This document shows positions 25,758 to 38,807 of a stretch of DNA of 64,000 bases, in pieces. The stretch is from Octopus vulgaris (lineage: Eukaryota): positions 148,242,001-148,306,000 of the forward strand of contig OX597817.1 in NCBI GenBank assembly GCA_951406725.2, read 5' to 3'. The position numbers and the translations under genes were made by a program. Numbering within the stretch: the first letter of the stretch is position 1; each line of letters opens with the position of its first letter. The notes beneath the pieces are model-generated. The model did no database searches, was not told where the DNA came from, and was given only the letters and a program-made list of their open reading frames with translations.

Positions 25758-26529
25758 TATTAACAAGGTGCAAGAAACAGAAACATCCAACAACTATCTT
25801 CAAATAACATAAAAAAATAAGACTAGCGAGTTTCTTCGTAGATGATATTAAATTCGAAAAGGAAAATCATAAAATACATCATACATTCATAGATGAGCAA
25901 GGAAACACGCGTGCGCGCACATAAATACATACATGCATACATACATACATACATACATACATACATACATACATACATACATACATACATACATACATAC
26001 GCGAGGTGTATCACTATATACATCCAAAAATTAATCCGCACATTTATACACAATTTAGAAATTCTTAATACAAAATACAAAACTAGGAAATTGAAATGCT
26101 AAACCCTTAATATTCCGTGATCGAATAAATGAAAACCTATTTCATAAAGAAATTTATGACAATATTAGAAAAAAAAAAACATTCTCTAACTTCAGCTCAA
26201 GTGTTTCTAAAAATGACAAAGCTGAGCAAAATAAATTAAATTTCAATTTGAAGAGGCTAGATCTTTCTTTAAATATCTCTCCGTAAAATATTTTTACGAT
26301 AAAAGTGGCAAATTATATTTTAGTTCCTTTTTTTTATCTCCCTTTTAAATTTCAGGTAATTTTCTTTTCAGACACTGTAAAGAAAATATCAGAAACATCG
26401 TTCGTATGCTCTCAGTTGCTTGAAACGAATCTCGAAGTGAAATTATGAGTTGCTTTTTCTTTGTTCAGTTTGTTTTTGTATTGCAATGGATTACAAGGAG
26501 ACTTATACACATGTGTAGAAATACGTGCG

Positions 26530-26795
26530 TGGAGTCACATGGCCTAGTTGCTAGAGCAGCGGATCGTGGATTCGAATCTCAGACCGGGCGATGTATGTGT
26601 TTACGAGCGAAACACTTAAGTTCAACGAAGCTCCGGCAGAAGGTAATGGCGGACTTCTGCTGACTCTTTCACCACAACATTCTGTCAATCTTTTCTCCTC
26701 CTGCGTCTTGCAGCTCACTACAGACGAACCTAAACGCTAACGAAATCTGGAAACCGGCCTTTATGAGCCAGGCATGGCTCAAGAAGCAACAAAGA
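26530..26795 (+). mobile_element. tRNA-derived SINE (family E)
   Basis: CACATGGCCTAGTTGCTAGAGCAGCGGA...GATTCGAATC; head and body match the reverse complement of 56100-56260. Confidence 0.7.
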
Positions 26796-26913
26796 ACAAA
26801 TAAGTACGTGCGCGCACGTAAACACACACATATAAAGAGGGAGAGACGGAGATATAAAGAGAAAGACAGACGTAAGTAGATATAAGCAAATATACACATG
26901 TAGATATTACATC

Positions 26914-26994
<81 letters not shown>

Positions 26995-27287
26995 AGTTAT
27001 ATATACCTTTATACACTCATACACACAAACACACCCATCACACACACACACGTGTATACGTATTACACAGATATATGTGCATATATATGTATGTATGTGT
27101 ATTTCTGTGTATAAATGTATAAATATATATTTATTAGTGTGTGTGTTTGGGTGTATGAGCGTGTGAGCGTGTGACGATGTATGTGTAAAAGAAATAGGTC
27201 GAATACGACAGAAACCACCAGTTGAAAGACAGAATGAATGAAATGGCACGAATGAAAGTGGTTTAAATGTAACTGAGTAACACAGAA

Positions 27288-27307
27288 ATAGATAGATAGA
27301 CAGACAG

Positions 27308-27359
<52 letters not shown>

Positions 27360-27366
27360 CAGACAG

Positions 27367-27434
<68 letters not shown>

Positions 27435-27435
27435 C

Positions 27436-27476
<41 letters not shown>
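27288..27476. repeat. (GATA)n microsatellite
   Basis: Directly visible. Confidence 0.97.
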
Positions 27477-27477
<1 letters not shown>

Positions 27478-27703
27478 AAAGAGAGAGAGAGAGAGAGGGA
27501 GAGCGCGAGAGTGAGGCGGCGGGAGAGAAGGAGAAGAGAGAGAAATACAACGCGAATGTGAGTGTTTACGCATTAGACTTTACTTTTAATATTGATAAAA
27601 GATGCATGAACTTCAATGGAAGAGAAAGTGCAAACTTTCATTCCAATAATTGGAAAAAGTATATTTAGAAAATTCAACAGGCATACAGATTATCTTTACT
27701 TTG

Positions 27704-27721
<18 letters not shown>

Positions 27722-27746
<25 letters not shown>

Positions 27747-28190
27747 AATGAGGATGAAAAATTAGATATTAATTTAATAATACAGTCAGTTTAACACCAA
27801 GTGGTCTAGCACATAAAAAAACAGGGAGACAGTTCAAATTTATACGTAAATACAAGAGAGTTTGGCATGTTTTTGGCGGGAAGCTAAACCACAACTATGT
27901 ATGCAATCGATCAGAACGCCTGGATATTTATCGCCCGTGAGGGTCTGATAAATTGTATCGAGGACAAATGCTGCCGATGACTTATAGACAAATATGTGAA
28001 TATAATTGCATATTATGTTGATAAAGAAACAATTGTTCAGCATTAATCTATCTATTCGTTGAATTTCGCTCTCCTTGCGTTGAAGGTAATGTTATTTCTT
28101 CTGTGGAAACAACTTCGGTGGCTATACCAGAATAAGGAGCTATTTCTAGCACTAGAGTTAACCACTTAACGTTAACTCTCTTATATTTAC

Positions 28191-28194
<4 letters not shown>
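27722..28194. mobile_element. (TA)n-embedded PLE-type element with inverted architecture and hammerhead
   Basis: AACTCTCTT(A/G)TATTTACGTATA occurs on + at about 28173-28194 and on - at about 27862-27841. Tail 27722-27840 is on the minus strand. Confidence 0.75.
27967..28044 (+). ncRNA. Type I hammerhead ribozyme motif (U4C core variant, extended stem II)
   Basis: AAUGCUG CCGAUGA [long stem II] GAAAC AAUU GUU CAGCAUU: perfect 7-bp stem I and palindromic ACAAUUGU stem III. Confidence 0.75.
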
Positions 28195-28209
<15 letters not shown>

Positions 28210-28232
<23 letters not shown>

Positions 28233-28432
28233 GAAATGTGATCGCGTGTGTACCGTTGGCGATTTTTTTTCCTCTGTCTTCCCTTCTCTTGATCTTTCCT
28301 TCTCCTATATTTCCGACGAAGAGCTCCACTCGAAACGTTAGACCCTCCTTCTTTCCTGAGAGTCCAATAATACTATATTTGCTCCACGTCCTCGCGTTGT
28401 TGTATTTTTTGTGCTTTCTTGTTTGTATTAAC
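28210..28432 (+). mobile_element. (TA)n-embedded short PLE-type element with hammerhead motif at 28310-28342
   Basis: UUU CCGACGA A GAGC UCC ACUC GAAAC GUU AGA. Homologous to 45681-45870, 46136-46340 and 60138-60210. Confidence 0.7.
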
Positions 28433-28626
28433 TATATATATGTGTATATATATATGTATGTATATATGAAGATATCTATATATATGTATATATATATATA
28501 TGTGTGTGTATGTATGTATTTAGTATAAATATATTTATATATAAACATGCTAATACACGACCTGAGTTGGATTCCTCATTCGTATCATTATCGAACCTTG
28601 AGTTTAACTATAGTCTGTGCATAGAA

Positions 28627-28846
28627 GGCGGCGAGCTGGCAGACACGTTAGCGCGCCGGGCGACATGCTTCGTCTGTCGTTACGTTCTGAGTTCAAATTC
28701 CGCCAAGGTCGACTTTGCCCTTCATCCTTTCGAGGTCGATAAATAAAGTACCAATTTCGCACTGGGGTCGATGTAATCGACTTAATACTTTTGTCTGTCC
28801 TTGTTTGTCCCTCACTGTTTAAACCCTTGTGGGCAATAAAGAAATA
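28627..28846 (+). mobile_element. SINE family B
   Basis: GGCGGCGAGCTGGCAGA...GAGTTCAAATTCCGCC...GTGGGCAATAAAGAAATA. Confidence 0.92.
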
Positions 28847-28922
28847 TATAATCTGTCCATAGCACTCACTCAGCATTTCCTGATACCTTTGGGTGTCCTT
28901 GACACCAATACCTTTCATACAC

Positions 28923-28962
<40 letters not shown>

Positions 28963-28964
<2 letters not shown>

Positions 28965-29583
28965 TGAGAAAGTTGGTGTGTGAAAGCACGTGGTTGAATA
29001 TATAGAAAATAGTAAGAAGTGAAAAAGCTACAGAAGGCTTGTTTTAAAAGGTTAAAAAATATATATTTGAGTCATTATGTCTGAAGAAAGTTATAAATTT
29101 TTTTCATACAATGACATAGTTTTTGAAGAAATGACCGCTTTCGCGTTCAGCTTTTCAAACTTCTTACATCGTTATGTTTACTTTGAGAAGTGTGAAGGAG
29201 AGTGAAGGAGAGTTCCAGATAAGGGGAGGTAATAAGTGATTTCTTCCGGTGTAAGGGAGATAATCGCTTAATATTTCTGGCCTTCTTTTTGGAGTGAGTT
29301 TCTCTGTATAAGAATGTTGGAATGGTTAAGTTTGGGCTTGTATTTTTCAATGAAGAATGTTTCCTTGTTTAGTCTAATTTGTGTTGGTGTTCCGATAGCA
29401 CATTGGTAAAATGTAAAGATTAAAAATTGTGGTAGTAGTTGCTTTGCGCATTTTTCAATGTGCTCACTAAAGGGTATCATTCTGTATTCTGGGAATGCAA
29501 TCTGTTGTCGATGCATAATGACTCAAATATATATTTTTTAACCTTTTAAAACAAGCCTTCTGTAGTTTTTTCACTTCTTACTA

Positions 29584-29586
<3 letters not shown>
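28963..29586 (-). mobile_element. 5'-truncated Penelope-like element with inverted terminal copy, in (TA)n
   Basis: GIY-YIG C-terminus HRQQI...SEHIEKC...RLNKETFFIEKYKPKLN (ORF 29268-29516); 73-bp inverted repeat 29007-29079 / 29514-29586. Confidence 0.88.
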
Positions 29587-29633
<47 letters not shown>

Positions 29634-29819
29634 TACGGAGATGTACTTGCATACCAAGTGGCTTGATCTGACTGAAACAAAAATAATTGCAGCGTGGAAG
29701 ATGTTTGTTCCCCTTTTTTTATTTATATATATGTATATGTATGTGTGTGTATGTGTGTGTGTGTGTATGTGTGAGTTGTTCTGGATAAATTTGACAATTT
29801 GCATAAAATTAAAGAAAAT

Positions 29820-30470
29820 ACAGAATACCGTCCCACAATTAAAAAAATGAGAAAATTAGAAAATACGAAATAGATTCTGCCTAGGAGATAACACGCTCCT
29901 GAAAGTCTCAGCTTTCACGACAGCTTCAAGATGATTTAGGAATTTGGCTCTTTCCTGCCTCTCGGTGTCCTTGGGAAATTTTTCTAGATCATCCTCATTC
30001 TTGACCCCCAACTGCGCGCCACACACAGTTATGCACGGGATTATAATAGAAGGAATAAGGCGGTAGTATTTGGGACTGACTAAGTCGTAGAAATTTTCCG
30101 ACAACTACTGCTGCCACTTTCTCTTATGGCAAATGCTAAATCCTGCTTCCGGCACATATGGACTTCCTGCAGCAACCCCCTCCAGCCAGGTATTAACAAC
30201 AGATACTAGCAGCTTCACATAGCGGTCTGAATTTAGTCTAAGTTCCTGTTCCAAGATGTGAGGATGAATCGAAGCGTATGAACGCATTCACAACGCCTGC
30301 CCTAATTCTTCTTCCTGGTCATGGCTTCGTAGCCTCTGTTCCAGCTGTCTATTTCACAGCCTAAACCCTTTACAATGTTTATACGGCGTTGAGAATCTGT
30401 CATGACGTCAGTGTTTTGAAACTCGGAGCGAATCACCGTTACGCAAGAAACATTCCTCAATATTCAGACG
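29820..30470 (-). mobile_element. Degenerate Tc1/mariner-superfamily transposase (DD37D/maT-like)
   Basis: PHILEQELRLNSDRYVKLL..VVNTWLEGVAAGSPYV...LSENFYD...LEAVVKAE; same type as 25001-25285. Confidence 0.7.
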
Positions 30471-31496
30471 GTTTCCAGTCCTCCATGTCACCTACAAGAC
30501 CAAGGGCTTGAAATTGATATTCTCTAATTTCAACTGTTACATATGTTTCAATATTCGGTAAGACATGATGTCACATTACAAATATAATTCTTTGATGTAC
30601 GAAATAATTACAGCAGGCTTAATTATTCCGAAAGCGCCTTAAGGCGAACGACAAATACAAGTCACAAACATGCAGTAGCCATAGTTATTACCGATGAAAG
30701 CAGCAGTTGTACCAGAAGGCAATCTTATATCTAACTTAAATGCAATCTTTATATCCTACTTGAATGTCTAGAATATATATATATACATACATGTATACAC
30801 GTATATACATACGTATGCATATATATTACATGATGAACATTGAAAAATCTTTCATATTTTTATCATTCCAGTTACAGATTGTATCTGTATTAGGGGGTTA
30901 GCCGGGCTCCTTCGGTACTCAAAGACCCGCACTTTTCTAGACGGTTACTTAGATATTTGCTAATAGAAGCCAATGTACTGATAAGTATTGATATAAATGG
31001 TAATATAGAATCAGAGAAGTGAAGCTGCAGATTTCGAAGTAGTTGTGAAAAAATATTCTCCAAGAATTTCATAGATATGTTGACATCTGTAGAACGTATA
31101 ACCTCAGTGACTATATGAAGACGTTTCTTCTTTCCACTATACAATTATGTCAGGCAAGTTATATTTGCTAATCGTAGTATTTATTATAGGAATATTCCAC
31201 CTATATTCCTTTCGTTGATATGTATTCAACGATAACGGTATTGTTCGTATATATATCCATGGCATTGTATTTTGCGAAGGTATTTTAAATTATTTTAGGA
31301 TACAACATGACACTGTGAGGTAGAAGTAAGGTAATAATACAATGACATTTTGGATGGCTGTTTTATGTCCTCCATAGAAAATTACATAATTCATATTTAT
31401 TTTTGCCTCTTTAGAATTTAAATGTTTCACTTTTTCTTATTTGTTTTATATCCGATAATTCATAGCTATCTCATGCTCTTGGCTCCCAAAACTTAA

Positions 31497-32012
31497 CCCC
31501 TTGACAACGGTTGACGCAAATATGCGATCACACTTTTGCTTGCCTACCCGCGGTTAACGTAGATATACGATGTAGAGCTGCACTACATCTATCACGGACT
31601 TTTTAGTGGCTGACGTTTGTTTACGTTCGCTATCGTGTACTTTATCTCTTGAGGTGCACGCGCTCGCCGTCCCGTGCATTATCTTAGCTATTTTAGGTTA
31701 CGTTCACGTCATGAGACTAGCAGTAGACCAATGACATGCGGATACTTTACATGCACAATACCGTGTTTTGAGTTCTACCACATGCAAGCTATATTTTGGA
31801 CTTGAGCAGAATTACTCATGCATATCATATTATGATAAATAGCTTCACATAGTTCGTTTTCATAAACCGGTAGACTTAAATGTATGACGCTCTGTTATTG
31901 TAACGGTGACCGTAAATAGACGCCAGCTTGTTGGCACTTGAGTGGCCTCATTAGTTTTAAAAAAACCCGGAGCAGTGTCTCGCATGCTTCGGGTAATACC
32001 GGCGACAAGGGG
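31497..32012. mobile_element. Non-autonomous piggyBac-type element
   Basis: TTAA-CCCCTTGACAACGG ... CCGGCGACAAGGGG-TTAA: TTAA TSD, CCC/GGG termini, no ORF. Confidence 0.8.
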
Positions 32013-32096
32013 TTAATGCTTGATACATGACGTTATTTTTTTTATGCAAGTCCAAGAGAGGTTACACTTCATGTTATTGTTATCACCTGCCTGAAA

Positions 32097-32310
32097 GGTG
32101 ACGAGGTGGCAGAATCGTTGGCATACGGGACAAAATGCTTAGCAGCATGTCATTGGTCTTGTCGTTCTAAGTTCCAGTTCCGCCGAAATCGACTTTGCCT
32201 TAATCCTTTTGGGGTCGATAGATTAAGTACCAGTGAAACACTGCAGTCGGTGTAATCCACTAGCCCCCTTCTCCAAATTTCAGGCCTTGTGCTTATAGTA
32301 GAAAAGAATA
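32097..32310 (+). mobile_element. SINE family B (variant tail)
   Basis: Family B head and body; TSD TTATCACCTGC at 32080-32090 and 32311-32321. Confidence 0.85.
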
Positions 32311-33543
32311 TTATCACCTGCTTCAAGATGGCGAAAAACATAACAATGGTTAGCATTCGTTGTTGCCATATGCTTGTCATATGCTTGTCCTGCACTTCTA
32401 GGTTTATACAAGAATTTATCAGGAGTCCACTACCGACTCGCATGTATCCCAATTTATTTGGTTGCATTTCGTTGACGGCTTTCATATTTCTACTGTGGTT
32501 TTGTTTAAGAATGTTAGCGATGTCACACAACACAGAAAAAATGTTTGAACAAATCTGAAGCCCCTTCCTCTATGGATTTATTCCAACATAGAACCTGTAA
32601 CTATCACTGATTCTGTGAAAACTTATAGCTTAAAGTTTTAATATCCATGGAATACATACTTCTCTATAGAACAACCAAGTATCCCAAATACTAGCATCAG
32701 CATTGACGCTCCAAAAGCGTTGTTATGTATTACCCAGTCGTGAGAGGAATCCATTAACTCTAATGTATAATACAATTTTACAGTGTGCTATAACATACTT
32801 CGGTTACTATTTCTTCAAAATAATTTTGAATGATGTATAACTTTGTTTGCGCGTATGCATATATAGTTGTATGATATCGATATGAAGATTTATATATGTG
32901 TATGAAATAATATACATTGATGTATGTATGTTTGCAAAATCATGCTTAACATTAATCATTGCGCACTCACGTGTTATCAAAATTTCAGGTAACTGATCTG
33001 CATATCTTTAAGTATTTGCTCTTGTATTTTTAACGTGTATGTATGCATATTTGTGTATTTCTAATGCGTATGTATGCGAATAAATCGGTGTGCTTCTATT
33101 TGCACGTATATTGTATTCCTGTTTGTATTTTACAATGCTGTGCTTATAACCGACTTTGTTTTTCAATTATTATTAATGTAAAATATATCATGTAGAATGT
33201 CTGAATTCATATAACAATAGTTTTATAATGAAGTAAGTCACCAGACATTTCACAAATTATATTTCTGTTATTGTACATGCATAATACCGTGTATATATAT
33301 ATTTATTTAGAATAGGAAATTCTGACTAGTAAGCAAAATGTTTGTTTGAAAATCAGGTGAATTTATTTGCAGTTTCACACCAAACGGAAAATACAATTCA
33401 CAGTTAAAAATTCGTCGATGCACTTGTAGTTTGTTCTAGCGGTTTTTGCATATGCATATAATATGCACAAATGTAAGCACATACACACGCATATACTAAC
33501 ACAAACAAGCAAACACAAACACATACATACATACAAACATACA

Positions 33544-33577
<34 letters not shown>

Positions 33578-34027
33578 CATACATACAAACATACATACAT
33601 GCATATATACATACATAAATACATACATACATACATGCAAACATGCAGTAAAACAATGCAATACATTTTTCGGTTTAAAATGTGACATTTTCTTTGCTAT
33701 CTTTATTCCGAATATGGAGAATTCATCTTTAATCTAATTAATTAAAAACAGGAGGGACATACATACATATGTACGTACATACACACTGCCTAAATATCAA
33801 TCTTGAGAAATTAGGCTTCTGAAAACCAGAAAGGAGAAAGCTAATTCGAAACCTGCAGATCCAATCCATTAATGGAACTGTAAAATTCTGTAAAACTTTC
33901 CGAAAGTTTATCATTTAAATATATATGAGCATGTCTAGATATGTAACTACAGACATGAGAATACATACATAAAGTAAAACATACAAATCTGCACGTACAT
34001 ACATACATACATACATACATACATACA

Positions 34028-34060
<33 letters not shown>

Positions 34061-34520
34061 GGTGGCTGCCCCCTCGTTATCGAGTATGGCCACTGCACGA
34101 AGCTTAACCAATGTTGTTATCGTGCAATGCCTGTGCATGGATTTTTTTTTAAAGTGAGAAAAGGCTGTGCACTGAGTCAATCCTACTCACTAAGCAACAG
34201 CAGCCATAATCCAAAACGAAGAACAAGTCAACATCATCGGCAACCACTGAGCCGCAGGTTTTATGTCGGAGTTATCCCAGTTACCTGAGTTACCTTCTCC
34301 TAGAAGGATGCCCTAACAAAGGCTAGGAGTCCTTCACTCCCAATGGTTTAACCGCGCGATCGGGTATTCAGTTCGATTATTTCTATGTCCCCGCGCATGA
34401 GATTTATTGGATGGTCGTTGACTCTCAAGAGTTCCTCCGCCCTTTGACGGGTTTTGTTTTTCATCCTCCTCACCAAACAAGCTTGGTTGGTTGTCGGTTT
34501 AGTCACCGACGACCTGACCA
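34061..34520 (-). mobile_element. Non-coding RTE-derived element in (TATG)n
   Basis: Reverse complement of 57409-57816 and 58435-59047; contains TCTAGGAGAAGGTAACTC...AAAACC, which I recognise as RTE 5'UTR-like. Confidence 0.7.
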
Positions 34521-36190
34521 TACAACATACATACATGCATATATACATACATGCATATATACACACATACATATATGCACATATGGGAAACACCAAGTAT
34601 GATGCGGAAACGGCCATAAATCAAATGAAGACGTGTTTCATGTGTAGTGGGTTTTAAGTATGTTAATTAGCAGCAGAAATCCAACGTAGAATACATACAC
34701 CTTTTTGGCGGGCTTAGTCTCTCTTATTTACAGAAATCAATTCGGGAAACGTTTTCTCTGCGCATGCGTGCTGCTTCGAATATACTCGGCAGTTTGACGT
34801 TGCTGCTGCCGCATATTATAATTTGTGTGAGAGTGTGTGTGTAATGAAGTGGTTAAGATTAATTTAAGTGTAGAGTGGTTTGGGTAGATGGTTGATGTTA
34901 GGTTCCAGAGTCAGTATGTCTATGTGTGTGTCTGTGGCCTATGTGTGCATGTATGGCCTGTGTGTAAGTATGGCCTGTGCGTGAGTGTATGGCCTGTGTG
35001 TGTGTGTGTGTGTGCGTGCGAGTTGAAAAAAATAATAAGGAATCATAAAGAGATCAATATAAGAATGAGAGATTCACCCTGTATATACATGTCTGTAAAA
35101 AATGGTAAATTCAGAAGAACCACTGAATGGTATGATTTCTCGTAATAACATAATATATTTTACATTAACTACGTTGGTATATAGAAGATCACGTATGCTG
35201 AAGTTAGTAAGACAGACAGAAATGTCAAACAAACGGATATGGGAATGATAGTGGTCGATATTTATATTTGCAATGGTAAGCTGTTCTGTATATTTGTCTG
35301 ATTTTATGTGTTATAAAGCAAGTGAAATATTGTTTTTATAACAGTGATATTAACTAGAAACAGAAGGGATTCTATATAAAATTTGAACTTAAACAGAATA
35401 TGAATGGAAAAGGCATAGTATGCCTGAGGAAAGGGAAAAGGTAATATGATATAAAATTTAATGACACATCGGACGTGAGAAGAGTAATGCCTGAAATTCT
35501 GGACATGGGAGAATGAGACTGCAGAAATTTCAAATAAATAAAGTAATCAGTTTTTATGGAAAGATTAATTTGTCGCATTAGAAGCTAAATACTCGATAGA
35601 ACTGAAAGAGGGTGATTGAAAATGTGCAAATAGGAAAGGTGAAGAAGTTAGACACGGCAAAATGTGAAAGACACACAAAAAGGATTATAGTGTGAGTAGT
35701 AGAGAAAAGGAATTACTTGAAAATTGGGAAAAAGAAAAGTAGATTTTTATTTTAGTTTTATATTTTTTTTTTGTTAATTGCTTTCTTGACAACCCAACCA
35801 TGCAAGTTGTTCTTAACCAATCGTATTGCTTTATTCTTTTGCTGTCGACTTACTTTAACCTTTTTGAAGTGCAATCTTTTAAACGTTTCAAATATTCGAA
35901 AAGATTAGACAATAGTTTTCTCAAGCAAGATCATCTACATCAGCAAATGAAACATTGCCTACATTATTGAACTCTCTGATAAACATTTTAGGTTAGTAGT
36001 TGATTAGTTGAGCGAGTGGAAGAACAAAATTCAACTCAATATTAATTTCTAAGTTGCCAAGAACTAAACTGTAACATCGGATGGGAGCCCGAGGAAGTTT
36101 AGCAAAACACGCACCAACTAAAAGGGGACCAGCCTTGGAATTTTACTGAGAAGAATTCGGTATCTTCCTGGACATTATATCCCTCATCTT

Positions 36191-36243
<53 letters not shown>

Positions 36244-36269
36244 TATATATTATATTATATATAATTATA

Positions 36270-36584
<315 letters not shown>

Positions 36585-36793
36585 GTTTAAATATTGTGTG
36601 CAAGATTTTTTATGTGATATATATATATAATATATATAGAATATATATATATTCAGTATATATACATAATATCTTATATACACTATATATATATATATAT
36701 TATATATAAGTATGATATATATATTAAGATAATGTAAAAAATATACTATAAAAATATATATATATATATATAAATATAAAATATATATTTATA

Positions 36794-36826
<33 letters not shown>

Positions 36827-36909
36827 TGTGTGTATGTATGTATGTGTGTATGTATGTATGTATGTATGTGTGTATGTATGTATGTATGTATGTATGTATG
36901 TATGTATAT

Positions 36910-37850
36910 AATTTGATAACTGTTTGACCCAGCACCATGCGATTGAAATTTTCGTAGGCTCGTAGCATGAAATTATCTCCCCAGCTATCCATAGAAAAGT
37001 TAAAAGACTGAGATGTTAGCCTTCTATTGGCCAACACTCAAGTCACCTGGTACTATTGGTCAGGGAGAGATATCAGTTCTTTAATATATTGTTAGTTCTG
37101 CGTGCTCGTGCAGGATGTTTCCAGATAGCTGTCACCGCCATGTCTAGAAGCTGCGGGATGATGTATTTAACGATAGTAGTTCATTGCATTTGATACAACA
37201 CACGGTATGCGTAGTGGCTGTTAATACAATTTTCGTTGTTTGGTAGAGAAGATCAATGGAAGAACAACACATTAGTGGCAACAGTCTTTCCGTTGTAGTA
37301 AACAGATTTAGAATTGCTGGAATAAAATTGTGGTGGTGCTAGATTAAAATCGTGTTCGGACGGTCAGCATAGGTGGGACTGTAGTCTATACAAGCGGGAA
37401 AGGCTACGAATCCTCTATTGTCACAAGAGTAGCCAGACCTAAGGTAGTATATCGGGATTGTCTGCTGTCAATAGCGTGAAGTTCATTCACTGAAAGTACC
37501 TTATGCATCAACAATAAGATAGCTCATTCTTCCTGCTGATGCACACCGCAGCTTGATGCAGACTGTGCAGTCTCTCGTGAATGAAGAAATGGAAGTTGCG
37601 AGATCCAGACCAGTAAGGCAAGATAGTGCCAAGGCATTCCAATGGTCGATTTGTTTCCAGATGAAGCGCAACAGGGAGATGGAGATGTTTCCCAATCCCT
37701 ACACCTGAAAGCGTGCATAATCTGTGTATACCTTGTCTTAAATCAATGGATGTTTTAGTCGTGCAATGTATTGTAATACCATCGGACAGTTTGAGGGTGG
37801 TTCTATAGACTACAGCCTTGATAGGTAGGATATTCGCGGTGGGGTGTGTA
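36910..37850 (-). mobile_element. Highly degenerate RTE-type LINE RT region
   Basis: Scattered minus-strand remnants (RRTNN, VLAN, VLGQ.VI) in RTE order; many stops and frameshifts. Confidence 0.45.
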
Positions 37851-37948
37851 GGATTTCAAAAATTAAAATTTGGGTGTGAGGTTATGTGTCTGTTTGCTTG
37901 TAGCGCGCTATGTTGTCTCAACAGGAAAAAATAATCTGAACAATGTTG

Positions 37949-37982
<34 letters not shown>

Positions 37983-37986
<4 letters not shown>

Positions 37987-38194
37987 CGCCATGTTGATTC
38001 GCTAGCCTCTGCACGCATTTTTTTCTCTCCTTGTTTGTTTCTGTGTTTCTTTTCTGTGTATCTTTCTGTTGAAGAGCGTAGGCTCGAAACGTGAAAGACT
38101 TGTTTTATTTATATTCCTGAGCACCATACTAATACAATTGGTTGTTTGTATTCCACCTGCCTTCGTCTTTTGTTTATTTTCATAATGCTTCCCG

Positions 38195-38196
<2 letters not shown>
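37983..38196 (+). mobile_element. Short PLE-type element with hammerhead motif at 38061-38098
   Basis: UCUUU CUGUUGA A GAGC GUAG GCUC GAAAC GUG AAAGA; lies between (CA)n and (TA)n. Confidence 0.72.
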
Positions 38197-38268
<72 letters not shown>

Positions 38269-38807
38269 TCGTTGATACTTATTCAAAATAAATTAAGTAG
38301 ATGTTGACTCACAATTTGTTGTATCGAATTCGAATGTTCTAAATATGAAATTTTCAAATATGTTTGAAAGGTTTTTCGTTAATAATTATGCGTAATAACT
38401 TCATACGCTTATTGTTACCATTTACATAACTTCATTTCTGTCAAGCGATCCAGTTTTGCATGTATTTACGTTATTTTCTGCAGTGCATATTTTTAATATC
38501 TTTGCTGTTTCTGTATTGACACCAAACCTTTGAAACTGTTTTTCTTGCCTACCATTGTTTATTTTTATAATAATAAAAAAAAACAATATCGAGAAAGCGA
38601 CCGTACTAGGAGCGAAGGCAAAGTTTCTTTTTTTACGGACCCTGGTCTACACTTTCTCTCTATATCGGAAATATTAGCAGCAACAACATAAAGGTTTAAA
38701 GAAATGGTAAAAAAGAAAAGAACTGCGCATCGCAGCAGTGAACTGGAATTTAAAATTATGTAAATATATAGGCGTAGGAGTGGCTTCGTGGTAAGTAGCT
38801 TGTTTAC

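Noticed and set aside
29068-29120. SECIS-like hairpin (AUGA...GA) in the PLE 3'UTR on the minus strand
   Set aside because: Only about 22 nt between AUGA and GA with a weak upper stem, and no in-frame UGA at a Cys position in the retained ORF.
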